Shown one piece after another: positions 7,771 through 17,649 of a stretch of 64,000 nt of DNA (positions within the stretch are counted from its first letter, which is position 1; every line of letters begins with the position of its first letter). Position numbers and translations under genes: made by a program. The notes beneath the pieces were generated by a model. That model did not search any database and was not told the origin of the DNA. It saw only the letters and a list, made by a program, of their open reading frames with translations. Source of the DNA: Minisyncoccia bacterium (lineage in GTDB: Bacteria > Patescibacteriota > Minisyncoccia > Phycocordibacterales > UBA918); NCBI GenBank assembly GCA_041742075.1, contig JBGSJJ010000016.1, forward strand, positions 83,128 to 147,127. Reading direction: 5' to 3'.

Positions 7771-10047
7771 TTAGGCCGAAGGGTCACATAGAATCTTTAA
7801 TTTTTTGTAATGATCGTCATCGGACATATGTATGAATTCTATGACGTTTTTTGCCACATCTTTTGCTTCAAGTGTTGCAGCGGTGATCGGCCGAGTGAAG
7901 TCTAGCCCGTGTGAGTATTCGTGCAGAAACTTTACGATGAAGTCTGCTACTCCTTTGTTTTTGAGGTTGGGATCAGTGACATATTTATCGTGTACCATTT
8001 GAGCAAAAGCTCGATCTGTACCACACGACCACTTAAAACCTGCGAAATATTCAAGTGCTTTTCTTGCGACATTTGGTATAAGTGGAGCATCTATTCCTGT
8101 ACCATTTTTATTGAAGTTATAGAGTTGAAAAAATAGGAATTGATACTCAGTTTTGTATTTGCGGATAATATCGGGCAGGGGCTCAATTTTTGCTTCATGT
8201 GTCGCCCCTGTGCGATTGCAGGTCATAAGATAAAGTTCGGCATCGTCGGTGTCGTTCATCCAATCTCGGACCAGATTAAAAAAGGCGAAGTTGTGTGTAA
8301 GTACTATCAACTGCTCGGCTTTTATAAGCTGTCTTTTTATGAGGCCGAAAGTGCGGAACAAAAATATTTCATCTTGACTGTCTACAGGATCATCTACCAC
8401 AATTATTCCGCTCTCCTTTTTAAAGCCGTCTTCTTCAAGTTTTGCAAGAAAATAAATCAATGCTATGACACTTTTCTCACCCTCGCTTAGGTGCTTTGCA
8501 TTCTTACCACGGCGCTTCACAATGTAACCCACCTCTGGAGCATTTGGATCTGTAAGCTCTAGATATATTTGTGATTCACCGAAGAAATCTTTGAGAACGT
8601 CATTTATTGCATCGATTGCGATAGAAGCATTTAGGATACCGCCACGTTTCTTTTTTATTTCACCATTTAGTGTGTATATTTCTGTTTTTAATGGACCAAG
8701 CTTTGCATCAAGATCGGCGAGGTCTTTTTTCTTTTTGAAATACTCTTTTGACTTCAAAACTGACGCAATGGTATGAATCTCAATTGCTTTTGCTGCTTCA
8801 TCTATTTTATCCATCCTCTCATCATGTTTATTGACTATAGCATTAAGCTTTTCAATAAGTGCACCGAACTCTTGAATAACATTCTCAGGATATGGAATTT
8901 TTGAAATAGTTTTTTTTCGATCATGTAGATTCTCACGCTTTTCATTGAGAGCAACAATCAGTGCTGTAATTGAACCACGTAGCTCTCTGCCTTTATCTTC
9001 AACGCTTGATTTTGTTGCAAGATATTCGTTTGCCAAATCAGGAAATAGTCGACTTGGTTCAATAAATACTGCCTCAGCTTTGTTTTCTGCTACGTCTATT
9101 TTTGTAATAATGTCATCAATTCCCTTTTTTGCTTTTTCGAGCTCCTCAGTAAAAAATTTGCCAAGGTTTTCTAGGAATCCTTTATCGAGAGTTTTTTTAC
9201 AAAATTGACACGATTCGAGATCTCGGTTTTTATGTATATGATATCCTTGTTCAGTCCAATCTCTGAGCTCTTTGTCAGAGTCGAGCCCTTCGATTATTTC
9301 GATATCTACAAATGTATCTAAGAGATTATTCGCATTTTCAAATAATACAGAAAAATCATTAACCCCTTTTAATTCAGAACCAATTTTTTGTTTTTGATTT
9401 TTAATTATGTCCCTCTTGCTGTCTATATCTTCTACCTTTTCTATAATCAATGAGTCTAGATTCTCAGGAGTGATCTTACCGTCAGTAACAAAAGGTTCTA
9501 TTTTTGTACGGTTGTAGCTTCGTCCATAGTATGTTCCACTACCGAGGGGGGTATTAGTAAATTGCTTGATTACTTCACGGGCAGCTTCAGTAAAAATATT
9601 TTCTATAGAGCTAATTTTTCCTCTATCTACTTCTAGCCGACCATGCTCTTCTCTTGCCGTGGTAACTTTCGCCTCTAGAGAAGTTATTTCAGCTTGTGCA
9701 TCTATATTATCTTTTCCAACAATGAGAATTTTCTTTGCTTTTGACTCGTGGAACTCAAGATTCTCTCGGATAAAATCCTCATTGAAAACTTTAATACTTA
9801 TATTACTAGTGAGCAGGTCTGATTCCTTGATAACGCCTGTGTTAGACTGAACCTGAAATTGCATTGAAGAAAACTCCGGCATATCAATTTTCTTCTTCTC
9901 AACAAAACTTAACACGCGCGACATGGTTGTTTTACCACATCCATTCCACCCATAAATTAAGTTGTATTTTTTTAGATCACTTCCACCCCATTGAAAGGTA
10001 TCGAAAGCATCAATATTTGTTATGTCTTTTAATTTGGTAATAGGCAT
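7771..10047 (-). CDS. RloC-like (AAA_13) ABC ATPase with zinc hook and C-terminal HEPN-like domain
   Basis: GWNGCGKT, CQFC hook, LSEGE, VVDDPVDS, LTHN, NVARKALE..HEYSH. Confidence 0.8.
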   Translation of the reverse strand: MPITKLKDITNIDAFDTFQWGGSDLKKYNLIYGWNGCGKTTMSRVLSFVEKKKIDMPEFSSMQFQVQSNTGVIKESDLLTSNISIKVFNEDFIRENLEFHESKAKKILIVGKDNIDAQAEITSLEAKVTTAREEHGRLEVDRGKISSIENIFTEAAREVIKQFTNTPLGSGTYYGRSYNRTKIEPFVTDGKITPENLDSLIIEKVEDIDSKRDIIKNQKQKIGSELKGVNDFSVLFENANNLLDTFVDIEIIEGLDSDKELRDWTEQGYHIHKNRDLESCQFCKKTLDKGFLENLGKFFTEELEKAKKGIDDIITKIDVAENKAEAVFIEPSRLFPDLANEYLATKSSVEDKGRELRGSITALIVALNEKRENLHDRKKTISKIPYPENVIQEFGALIEKLNAIVNKHDERMDKIDEAAKAIEIHTIASVLKSKEYFKKKKDLADLDAKLGPLKTEIYTLNGEIKKKRGGILNASIAIDAINDVLKDFFGESQIYLELTDPNAPEVGYIVKRRGKNAKHLSEGEKSVIALIYFLAKLEEDGFKKESGIIVVDDPVDSQDEIFLFRTFGLIKRQLIKAEQLIVLTHNFAFFNLVRDWMNDTDDAELYLMTCNRTGATHEAKIEPLPDIIRKYKTEYQFLFFQLYNFNKNGTGIDAPLIPNVARKALEYFAGFKWSCGTDRAFAQMVHDKYVTDPNLKNKGVADFIVKFLHEYSHGLDFTRPITAATLEAKDVAKNVIEFIHMSDDDHYKKLKILCDPSA

Positions 10048-10163
10048 GTGTTTTTGGGGTTTTCAAGATAAAAAAATATTACCACAAAATAGTACTTTTA
10101 TAAAGAGCGCTTGGTATGCAAATGACTATGTATTTTGCAAAAAGTAAGCTAAAATAAGGAGAC

Positions 10164-11183
10164 ATGAGATATTACGGTTGCAAAACCAAACTGCTTGATT
10201 ACATTGAGGATGTCGTTACAACTTTACCCGTAAAAAAAGGGGCAATTTTTTTCGATATATTTAGTGGGACAACTGCAGTTGGTCAACATTTTAAAAAACT
10301 TGGCTATACAGTTTATTCGAACGATTTTTTAGAGTTCGCATACTCACTAGCTCGAACAAATATTGAAACGGCTAAAATCCCTAAATTTAAAAAGTTAGGA
10401 TTGTCGGATGATATTATTGATCATCTAAATAAACTTAAGGGTAAGGCTGGATTCATTACAAAAAATTACTCACCATTTAACGGAAACAAACGTCAGTATC
10501 TTTCAGTTGAAAATGCTAAAAAGGTTGATGTGATTAGAGAAAATATCGAGAACTGGAAGAATAGTAAATTAATTTCTGAAACGGAATATTATTATCTTAT
10601 TGCAAGTCTCATAAACGCAATCAGTCTTGTTGCAAATGTAACAGGTACCTACGCTGCATTTTTGAAAAGCTGGGACAGACGGGCTTTAAAAAATATCACT
10701 TTAGGACATGGAGAAGTGTTTGATAACAAAAAAGAAAACAGGGCCTTTCGAGCCGATGCAAATGATCTCGTTGGGATGCACAAAGTAGATATTCTATACC
10801 TAGATCCCCCATATAATGCTAGGCAATTTGCATCAAATTATTTTTTTCTAGAATTGGTGGCGGAAGGTTGGTTTAGGAAAATTCCTGAGATATATGGAAA
10901 CGCGGGAATGAGGCCTTATGAGGATCAAAAATCAGATTATTCAATTTCTCGAAAGGCTGCTGACGCGCTTCTAGATTTAGTAACAAAAGCAAAAGCAAAA
11001 TATATTTTATTGAGTTACAACGACGAAGGAATAATACCGATTCCTGTGCTCAAAAAAATTCTTTCAACTCGCGGTGAAGTTAAGGAATACACAAAAGAAC
11101 ACAAACGATACCGCGCAATTAATCAAGATGGGTCGAAAATTATAACTAAGGAGCATTTGTTCCTACTAACTGTAAAAAAATAA
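10164..11183 (+). CDS. DNA adenine methyltransferase (FokI/NlaIII-like, D12 class)
   Basis: RYYGCKTKLL, DIFSGT, YLDPPYN motifs. Confidence 0.88.
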   Translation: MRYYGCKTKLLDYIEDVVTTLPVKKGAIFFDIFSGTTAVGQHFKKLGYTVYSNDFLEFAYSLARTNIETAKIPKFKKLGLSDDIIDHLNKLKGKAGFITKNYSPFNGNKRQYLSVENAKKVDVIRENIENWKNSKLISETEYYYLIASLINAISLVANVTGTYAAFLKSWDRRALKNITLGHGEVFDNKKENRAFRADANDLVGMHKVDILYLDPPYNARQFASNYFFLELVAEGWFRKIPEIYGNAGMRPYEDQKSDYSISRKAADALLDLVTKAKAKYILLSYNDEGIIPIPVLKKILSTRGEVKEYTKEHKRYRAINQDGSKIITKEHLFLLTVKK

Positions 11184-11184
11184 T

Positions 11185-11994
11185 ATGGCTGAAAAAATGA
11201 ACAACTTAAATGGCAAAGAGTGGCTACAAAACTCCTTTAGTATTTGGAGAGACGTTGGTAAAACATCCGAGGAGAGGAAGTTGAAGCACCCTGCAATGTT
11301 TCCACAGCAATTGGTCGAGAAACTCATTAAAATCTACACAAAAGACCCTGGTGAGGTCATTCTCGATCCTTTTCTGGGTATTGGCTCAACATTAAAAGCA
11401 GCTCACAACCTTGGAAAGAAAGGAATCGGCTTTGATTTAAATAAGGACTACTGCGAGATTGCCAAAGGTAGAGTTACAAAACATGAAGCTGATGAAAATT
11501 TTGATAAAAAAGTAAAAAGATTTGAACCCAAGATCTATTGCGAGGATTCAAGAAACATTTTAAAGCACGTCAAACCAAATTCAGTAGACCTAGTGGTTAC
11601 ATCACCGCCATATTGGGATATCTTAACCATGAAGAGAACTGCTGACATGAAAGATGGACGTAAGTATTCCGATTCAGACGATGATATTGGTAATATTCAC
11701 GACTACGAGGCTTTTCTCCAAGATCTAAAAACTGTTTATACTGAGGTCTACAAAACACTAAAACCCAACAAGCGATGTATCTGCGTCGTTATGGATATTC
11801 GTAAAAAGGATAAATTCTATCCATTGCACGAAGATCAAAGTCGCATCATGCGTGAAATAGGATTTGAGCTCGAAGAGTATGTTATATGGGACCGACAAAA
11901 AGAGTACAACAACATGAAAACACTAGGCTATCCATGGGTATTCAGATTCAATAAGGTACATGAATTTATTTGTGTCTATTGGAAAAGAGCTTAG
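11185..11994 (+). CDS. DNA methyltransferase, probably m4C (SPPY)
   Basis: HPAMFP, DPFLGIGS, VTSPPYW. Confidence 0.85.
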   Translation: MAEKMNNLNGKEWLQNSFSIWRDVGKTSEERKLKHPAMFPQQLVEKLIKIYTKDPGEVILDPFLGIGSTLKAAHNLGKKGIGFDLNKDYCEIAKGRVTKHEADENFDKKVKRFEPKIYCEDSRNILKHVKPNSVDLVVTSPPYWDILTMKRTADMKDGRKYSDSDDDIGNIHDYEAFLQDLKTVYTEVYKTLKPNKRCICVVMDIRKKDKFYPLHEDQSRIMREIGFELEEYVIWDRQKEYNNMKTLGYPWVFRFNKVHEFICVYWKRA

Positions 11995-12494
11995 TTAACT
12001 ATAAAATCTTTTTTTGAGAAAGGAATGACTGAATCTTCGCTGATTTGGTCATTTTTTTCATCCCAACCAACGACAATAATATCTTGTCCTTCCCCATAGC
12101 TAAGGACTCTCTGTCTTATTTTATCCTCAAGTAGAAGAATGTTTACTTCATTGGATACTCCATTTGTAGAAGCGACAAATGCCAAAAGAGCGCCAGTGAG
12201 TTTGGCGTAACAATTCATCTCACCCAATTCTTTAAGACTGAGTGCGGATGTTGATCTGTTGAGTAGTACTAGTTCTAAACGAGAATTTTTCTTATTTTTT
12301 AAAATACCAAGTACATCTGGTTTAAATTCCCATGTAGAATAATTTGCTATTTGTTTGATAGCCTCATTATTCATTTTTGCCAGACTCGTCTCTGGTATTA
12401 AAACAGATACAACTTCATGTGTTTCAGAAAATTTTATATTCAAAAAATTATTTAGCCAATTCTTTAATTTGTTTGTAAAAATATTTTTGTCCAT
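11991..12494 (-). CDS. Small PD-(D/E)xK-fold subunit, apparently catalytically degenerate
   Basis: FKPDVLG..LLNRS..LKELGEMNCY aligns with the C-terminus of 12499-14142, with ExK replaced by NxS. Confidence 0.65.
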   Translation of the reverse strand: MDKNIFTNKLKNWLNNFLNIKFSETHEVVSVLIPETSLAKMNNEAIKQIANYSTWEFKPDVLGILKNKKNSRLELVLLNRSTSALSLKELGEMNCYAKLTGALLAFVASTNGVSNEVNILLLEDKIRQRVLSYGEGQDIIVVGWDEKNDQISEDSVIPFSKKDFIVN

Positions 12495-12498
12495 ATAA

Positions 12499-14142
12499 TT
12501 AAATATTGATGAAGTTAACTTTTCCATTTTGAAGTGTAGCAAGCTGAATCATTCGACCTTCAGCATATTGTAGTAAATCTGGACGTGCTTTGAGTACTTT
12601 AATAAGGGATAGTGATGGTTCTTTTGTTGAAATGAGAATAGCTTCTATTGGCTGTGCAACGAAGCAATAACCCATAAGCTGACCCAGACTTTTCAAATCA
12701 AGTGGTGTAATCTTTGCTTCAATGAAGGCTAGAGCTTTTTGTTTTTCAAGAAAACCTACAACATCTGGTTTAATTCGATACTTATCACAATAATCAAAAA
12801 CATCAAGCAATTCTCGATTTCTATTTTTCAAAAATAGATTTAGATTTCCGGCTGATGTATCAAAAGCATCTGCTGGTTCACTATATTTTTTTGACAGATA
12901 GTCTGTAAAAAATACAGTCAATGGTTCGTACATTGCCTGCTCAGCCATTTCCTTCTCAGTTTTTCTCTTTGTAGATGGAGCTTTCTCTGGCCTTATTTTA
13001 TTAGTTGCATTTTCCGTTAGCTCATTTCTAATAATATCAAATTCAGCCTGAATCTTAGAAAAATCCTCATCTAGCTCTATATCACCGGTGATAGCAAAAA
13101 GATCAGGATTTTTCGATTTACTTTGCAATCCTTGAAGATATTTGCACCCCATTGCAAGATTGATCTGCCAGAAAGCATCAAAATGTCTTCGAGCTGATTC
13201 TGGAATTCTTAAATCATTTTCTCCCGGATGGTATGCCTTGAGTTTCCCATTGGTAATTTTTGAAGGTGGAAACCAGTCGTCAATATTATCAAATTTAACT
13301 CCTAGATTATGAGCTTTTAATTCATCAAACATTGACTGTTTAGAACTTATACGAAATTTAAAATCCCCATAATATTCTGGAAAGAATTTTATTTGATGTT
13401 CACGACCCCAACTCGTTGGGTTTGTCTCATAAAAGTCATTTAAATTACCATCTCGAATATTTGGATGACCCCAGTCTATCGTATGTATTGGGAGATTAAA
13501 TTGCGAACGCATGAAGTTATCGATTTCTACGGGGAGATGCCAGTTTCTAACTATTTGATAGTAAACTCTCATTCTTCCGTGTCCATTTTTTCCATCACGA
13601 TTTAACCAACCACCCGCATTTGCAAAACCAGAGGTATCAAGTAATCCATTCACAAATTCTATTTTTGCTTCTTTTGTTGCAGTCTCTAATTCTTTCGGAA
13701 TATGAAATCTATCGAAGCTTGTGTCCGGTGAAAAAAATCTTGTTATATCCTTGAATTTGTCTTTGTCATTTTTTAAATCAATAACTAGAATTGTCATGGA
13801 CTTATTTCCTGTAATATCAAATTCAGCATTAATACCAGTCTTTAGAAAAGGTACAATCACATTTTTTAAAGATTCGACTGTAGAAAGTGGTTGATTGTAT
13901 GTCTTTTTGACTGACGAGTCTAGAACGTGACCACATTCTGGATTTTTACATTTTAGTCCGCCATTTTTATTGTCAGTTGCTAACCACCCACATTTTGGAC
14001 AATGAGCAATCCCAGCAATAAATTCATTTGTGTGTGAGAATTCAATTGCGATCGAAAAGCTATCCATGAAGAAATGACCTCGGCCTGTTATGAGACCGAG
14101 TAGGTACGCTTCCTCAGGAATTATAGTGTTATTTTCAGCCAT
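12499..14142 (-). CDS. Putative restriction endonuclease: LAGLIDADG-like domain, Zn ribbon and C-terminal PD-(D/E)xK
   Basis: AYLLGLITGRG and FVNGLLDTSG helices, CPKC..CKNPEC, IKPDVVG..FIEAK..GQLMGY; convergent with two MTases. Confidence 0.65.
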   Translation of the reverse strand: MAENNTIIPEEAYLLGLITGRGHFFMDSFSIAIEFSHTNEFIAGIAHCPKCGWLATDNKNGGLKCKNPECGHVLDSSVKKTYNQPLSTVESLKNVIVPFLKTGINAEFDITGNKSMTILVIDLKNDKDKFKDITRFFSPDTSFDRFHIPKELETATKEAKIEFVNGLLDTSGFANAGGWLNRDGKNGHGRMRVYYQIVRNWHLPVEIDNFMRSQFNLPIHTIDWGHPNIRDGNLNDFYETNPTSWGREHQIKFFPEYYGDFKFRISSKQSMFDELKAHNLGVKFDNIDDWFPPSKITNGKLKAYHPGENDLRIPESARRHFDAFWQINLAMGCKYLQGLQSKSKNPDLFAITGDIELDEDFSKIQAEFDIIRNELTENATNKIRPEKAPSTKRKTEKEMAEQAMYEPLTVFFTDYLSKKYSEPADAFDTSAGNLNLFLKNRNRELLDVFDYCDKYRIKPDVVGFLEKQKALAFIEAKITPLDLKSLGQLMGYCFVAQPIEAILISTKEPSLSLIKVLKARPDLLQYAEGRMIQLATLQNGKVNFINI

Positions 14143-14190
14143 AAATTACTCTATAATTCTACACTTTTTTTAGTGTTTTGAACAGAGAAT

Positions 14191-14367
14191 TTATTTACCG
14201 GCAAACGGGACATTTGTTTCCCCTTTATTTGCAAAGTAAAATGAGAATGCCATTGATGCTAGGATCATAAAATCTTTAGGATCAATTCTACCCACAAACA
14301 TCCCAGCAATGGTCGCCACTGCCATCAGAATAAAAACTACTTTTGATGCTGATTTTAATATTTCCAT
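14191..14367 (-). CDS. Putative holin (58 aa, two hydrophobic segments)
   Basis: Hand translation MEILKSASKVVFILMAVATIAGMFVGRIDPKDFMILASMAFSFYFANKGETNVPFAGK directly after the endolysin. Confidence 0.7.
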   Translation of the reverse strand: MEILKSASKVVFILMAVATIAGMFVGRIDPKDFMILASMAFSFYFANKGETNVPFAGK

Positions 14368-14369
14368 AG

Positions 14370-14975
14370 CTATAATTGGTTTAATAGATTAATAATTTGT
14401 GCCTTTATCACTCCCCTGTTTGGGACCGACTGAGTGAATAGTTTTTTGATTACTTCATTTCGTACATTTTCTGGTTTTTCTTTATAGTCGGTTATATCTC
14501 CATGGATGATGATATTTTTTGGATCAAGTACGAATGCCGTCTCTGGATTGTTTGAAAATGATTTTATAAGTTCTATAAGTTGGTCATATTGCCATTCGGT
14601 TATGTCATTTTCGTTTGATTCAACAACACCATCCTGATCCACGTCATATCCTGCCGCGAGTTCAATTCCTATAGTGTACTGATTTGGATTGACCCATGAA
14701 CCATCTAGATTCTTGAGCATTACTTTTTTTGCTCTATCGTTTGGGTTACTTATTACTCCTGCATGCCATGCTATGTCAGTAATTTTTACTAGCTGGACTA
14801 TTTCACCAGGCTTTCTACCAATCACAAAATGTGAAGAGGATCTATTTGGCCTATTTGCATTTGAGAGCCAGCTCACTGCGCCGCCATATGAGCCAAGCGT
14901 AAAGTGCAAAACCACAACGGCTTTCTTTGTAGGACCAACTGAGTAATTTGGTGTTTGTTGAAATGATATATTCAT
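14370..14975 (-). CDS. Endolysin, N-acetylmuramoyl-L-alanine amidase (Amidase_2)
   Basis: VVLHFT, SSHFVI, AWHAG, IGIE, IIHGDI. Confidence 0.9.
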   Translation of the reverse strand: MNISFQQTPNYSVGPTKKAVVVLHFTLGSYGGAVSWLSNANRPNRSSSHFVIGRKPGEIVQLVKITDIAWHAGVISNPNDRAKKVMLKNLDGSWVNPNQYTIGIELAAGYDVDQDGVVESNENDITEWQYDQLIELIKSFSNNPETAFVLDPKNIIIHGDITDYKEKPENVRNEVIKKLFTQSVPNRGVIKAQIINLLNQL

Positions 14976-14978
14976 AAA

Positions 14979-15260
14979 TTATTTTTTAGCTGGTAATCGT
15001 TCCTCAAGGATTGTTTCAATTTTTATCAATCGTTCGCTTGTATCCCGATAGCGTTCGGTATTCGCTTGGTCTAGTCGTTTTACGTTTTCTTCAATTGTAT
15101 GGATGTGGTTATCTCGAATATTATTGAGAGCTTCGATAACCTGAATATCACTCTTTGGTGCTTGGAGCATGTTGAAGATTCCGAATGAAACGCCGACGAT
15201 TCCAATTACCAGAGAGACCTGGTTGTATAAAAATTTCTTGAACGTCTCTTGTTTTTCCAT
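14979..15260 (-). CDS. Membrane-anchored coiled-coil lysis-module protein
   Basis: One TM segment plus coiled coil, directly upstream of the amidase. Confidence 0.6.
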   Translation of the reverse strand: MEKQETFKKFLYNQVSLVIGIVGVSFGIFNMLQAPKSDIQVIEALNNIRDNHIHTIEENVKRLDQANTERYRDTSERLIKIETILEERLPAKK

Positions 15261-15266
15261 ACCTAA

Positions 15267-15305
15267 AGCATAGATGTCCCTTACGACAAAAAGGGGTGTA
15301 TTACT
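15267..15305 (-). promoter_or_regulatory. Phage late-promoter motif (lysis operon)
   Basis: AGTAATACACC-N22-TATGCT, 6 nt before the ATG. Confidence 0.75.
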
Positions 15306-17648
15306 TTATTGAGAGATTAGAGCTCGCACAGCTTCGATTTGTCTTTCAGGGGTAATGTTTCGTACTAGGTTTATTCCCTTTCTTACCGCCTTTGAGAGTA
15401 ATCCTGATGCATTTCCTGTAGCGACATCGGTAAGTGCTCCGGTTGCTTCCTCTGCGGTATTCACCCCTTTTGTGATTTGTTGCTGTAGACTTTGTGACTG
15501 AGTTGTACCGAACAAGTCTTCAAGAAAATTTGCAAATAGGAACTGACTTCTTGCATCAATATTCTTGTTATATCCATACTGCCTTGCGAGATCCTGGATA
15601 TTCTGCACAATCGCTAGAGGACGTGACGAAGCGTTACCGAGAATTCTTCGGCCAACCTCTCCAGCTCTAAGCGATGAATCGATCTTTGTTGCTTCAAAGT
15701 CTTTTCCGAGAGCACGCTGGAAATAATCCATCGCACTGGTAAGCTTTGAATACTCATTTGAAAGCTCCGCATAATCGGTATCGATGTATGCGATATTGTC
15801 TCCCAATCCTCCATACACTTTTTGAAGGATTCGCTTTGCACTTTTATCGAGGTTTCCTTCAAGAGTTCCGAGATCAACTTCAGTTCCGAGTTGCTGTCTG
15901 ATCATGTCCACAGTCTTTACGTTTGATTTTTCTCCGAGATTAGAGATTCTCTGATGAACGCTTTCTATTATCTTCTGGACCTTAGGAACATTTGCATACT
16001 TAGAGTTTGAAAAATCGAGACCGTCGTTAGTTATTTTTATTCCGGCATCATCAAGGTCTTTGTAGAAAATATCCGCAGTATCGGTAATTGTGACGGGATT
16101 GTTGCCAAGCTTAGATCTCAAAACACCAAGATCTTGACCAACTTTTTGACGTGCGCTTTCGACTGTATCAGCCTGTTCAATGAGTATTTTTCCAGCCTGT
16201 TCGATCGGCTGACGTGAGTATGTCTTATCTTTTGATGCCTGCTCCGCAACTTTCATAGCTTTATCAAATATTTTTTTATCTTCAAGAGATGCGTTCTTAA
16301 TAAAGGCAACGTCTTGGTCTGCAATACCTGACTTTAGAGCTTCGGTTGCTTTTGCATCAACAACTTTTTTGCCGTCCGCACCTACAGAATAGTTAATTAC
16401 ATCAGCTGGAATCTTTCTACTTTCATCAATCACGTCATCTGCCTTTGAGACCAATTCGTCAAAGGTTGTTTTATTAGGATCAATGAGTGTTCGATATTTT
16501 TCTCCTGCACCTGGAACATTCATATCCAAATTTGCCGCAATATCATCAATGCGCCCCTTAGCAAGTTCGGGATTAAGAGCACCATCTTTTTGATAAACCT
16601 GATCAATGCTCAAATCGCCATTTTTGATTGCAGCCTTGAAGGAATCTTCATCAGCATGCTTAGCAATTTCGTCGTGAAGCGAATTGATAGTCTCATCGGG
16701 AGTCATTGATGGCTTAAGCATGTTGTTGATTTCCCTTCGCCGATTTAAATATCCACTTGTACCACCAACGACCGCACCGACTGTTCCACCGGCAACACCA
16801 CCGACAACACCGCCAGTGAGAGCGTCTTCTGCAATTTCAGAATTGCTTTTGTTATCCTGCATTGCTCGAGTCGCACCTTGTGCTGTTCCCCATACAGAAC
16901 CTGACACAAGACCTTGCTTAGCACCTTGCCATGCACCTTTGAGGATGGCTTGAGCTTTTGTACCACCACCGATAATGCTTGGGAGCGCACCGGCTGCAGG
17001 TGAGACAGTGCTTCCTATACCAGCTTTGCCGAGAACAGTTGCAACTTTCCCAGATGTTTTTCCTGCGATAAGAAGTTTTCCGCTTTGAGCACCTTGAGCT
17101 GCTTTACCGTATGATCCTGCTGAAAGAATATCTACAGCCACACCAAGACCTTCTCCGAATATTTGCTTCGCTGTTTTATTTACACTCGCATTTGTCTCAT
17201 TGATATCAATTGGCGGTTTGCCTGCATCTTTCATGTGCTGCTGAAGTGCTGCCTCAAGGCGAGACGTGTCTTCGCCTCTTTCCTTTTTCTGCTTGATGGT
17301 TTTCAAAAGATTGTCAGTAATTTCCTGACTCTGTGCCATAAGTTCCTCATTCTCTTTATTTGTCCACGCTGCACTTCCAGGCACAAACGATGGCAACGCA
17401 TCAGCTATACTCTTTCCGAATTTCTTCTCACTCGAAATAATTGCGTTGCCCACAGCTTTTGTTCCACTCCAAATCTTTGCTCCGAGACTTTTTTTCTCAG
17501 GTTCCTGAGTAGCCGGTGCTTGAGTCTCGTTTGCATATTTCTGTTTGAAGTCATTTACGACAAATTGAACATCCGCATCGCTTTCTTTGTTAGCGACCAT
17601 TTGCTGAACGATCTTATCAAGTTGTTGTCTTCTGGATTCTGTAAGCAT
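15306..17648 (-). CDS. Large internal virion/ejection protein
   Basis: 780 aa, Gly/Ala-rich hydrophobic stretch; position typical of podovirus ejection genes. Confidence 0.6.
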   Translation of the reverse strand: MLTESRRQQLDKIVQQMVANKESDADVQFVVNDFKQKYANETQAPATQEPEKKSLGAKIWSGTKAVGNAIISSEKKFGKSIADALPSFVPGSAAWTNKENEELMAQSQEITDNLLKTIKQKKERGEDTSRLEAALQQHMKDAGKPPIDINETNASVNKTAKQIFGEGLGVAVDILSAGSYGKAAQGAQSGKLLIAGKTSGKVATVLGKAGIGSTVSPAAGALPSIIGGGTKAQAILKGAWQGAKQGLVSGSVWGTAQGATRAMQDNKSNSEIAEDALTGGVVGGVAGGTVGAVVGGTSGYLNRRREINNMLKPSMTPDETINSLHDEIAKHADEDSFKAAIKNGDLSIDQVYQKDGALNPELAKGRIDDIAANLDMNVPGAGEKYRTLIDPNKTTFDELVSKADDVIDESRKIPADVINYSVGADGKKVVDAKATEALKSGIADQDVAFIKNASLEDKKIFDKAMKVAEQASKDKTYSRQPIEQAGKILIEQADTVESARQKVGQDLGVLRSKLGNNPVTITDTADIFYKDLDDAGIKITNDGLDFSNSKYANVPKVQKIIESVHQRISNLGEKSNVKTVDMIRQQLGTEVDLGTLEGNLDKSAKRILQKVYGGLGDNIAYIDTDYAELSNEYSKLTSAMDYFQRALGKDFEATKIDSSLRAGEVGRRILGNASSRPLAIVQNIQDLARQYGYNKNIDARSQFLFANFLEDLFGTTQSQSLQQQITKGVNTAEEATGALTDVATGNASGLLSKAVRKGINLVRNITPERQIEAVRALISQ

Positions 17649-17649
17649 T

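Noticed and set aside
12499-14142. Intein or group I intron homing endonuclease
   Set aside because: No intein splice motifs and no interrupted host gene; the LAGLIDADG-like helices lack the acidic catalytic residue and the context is R-M.
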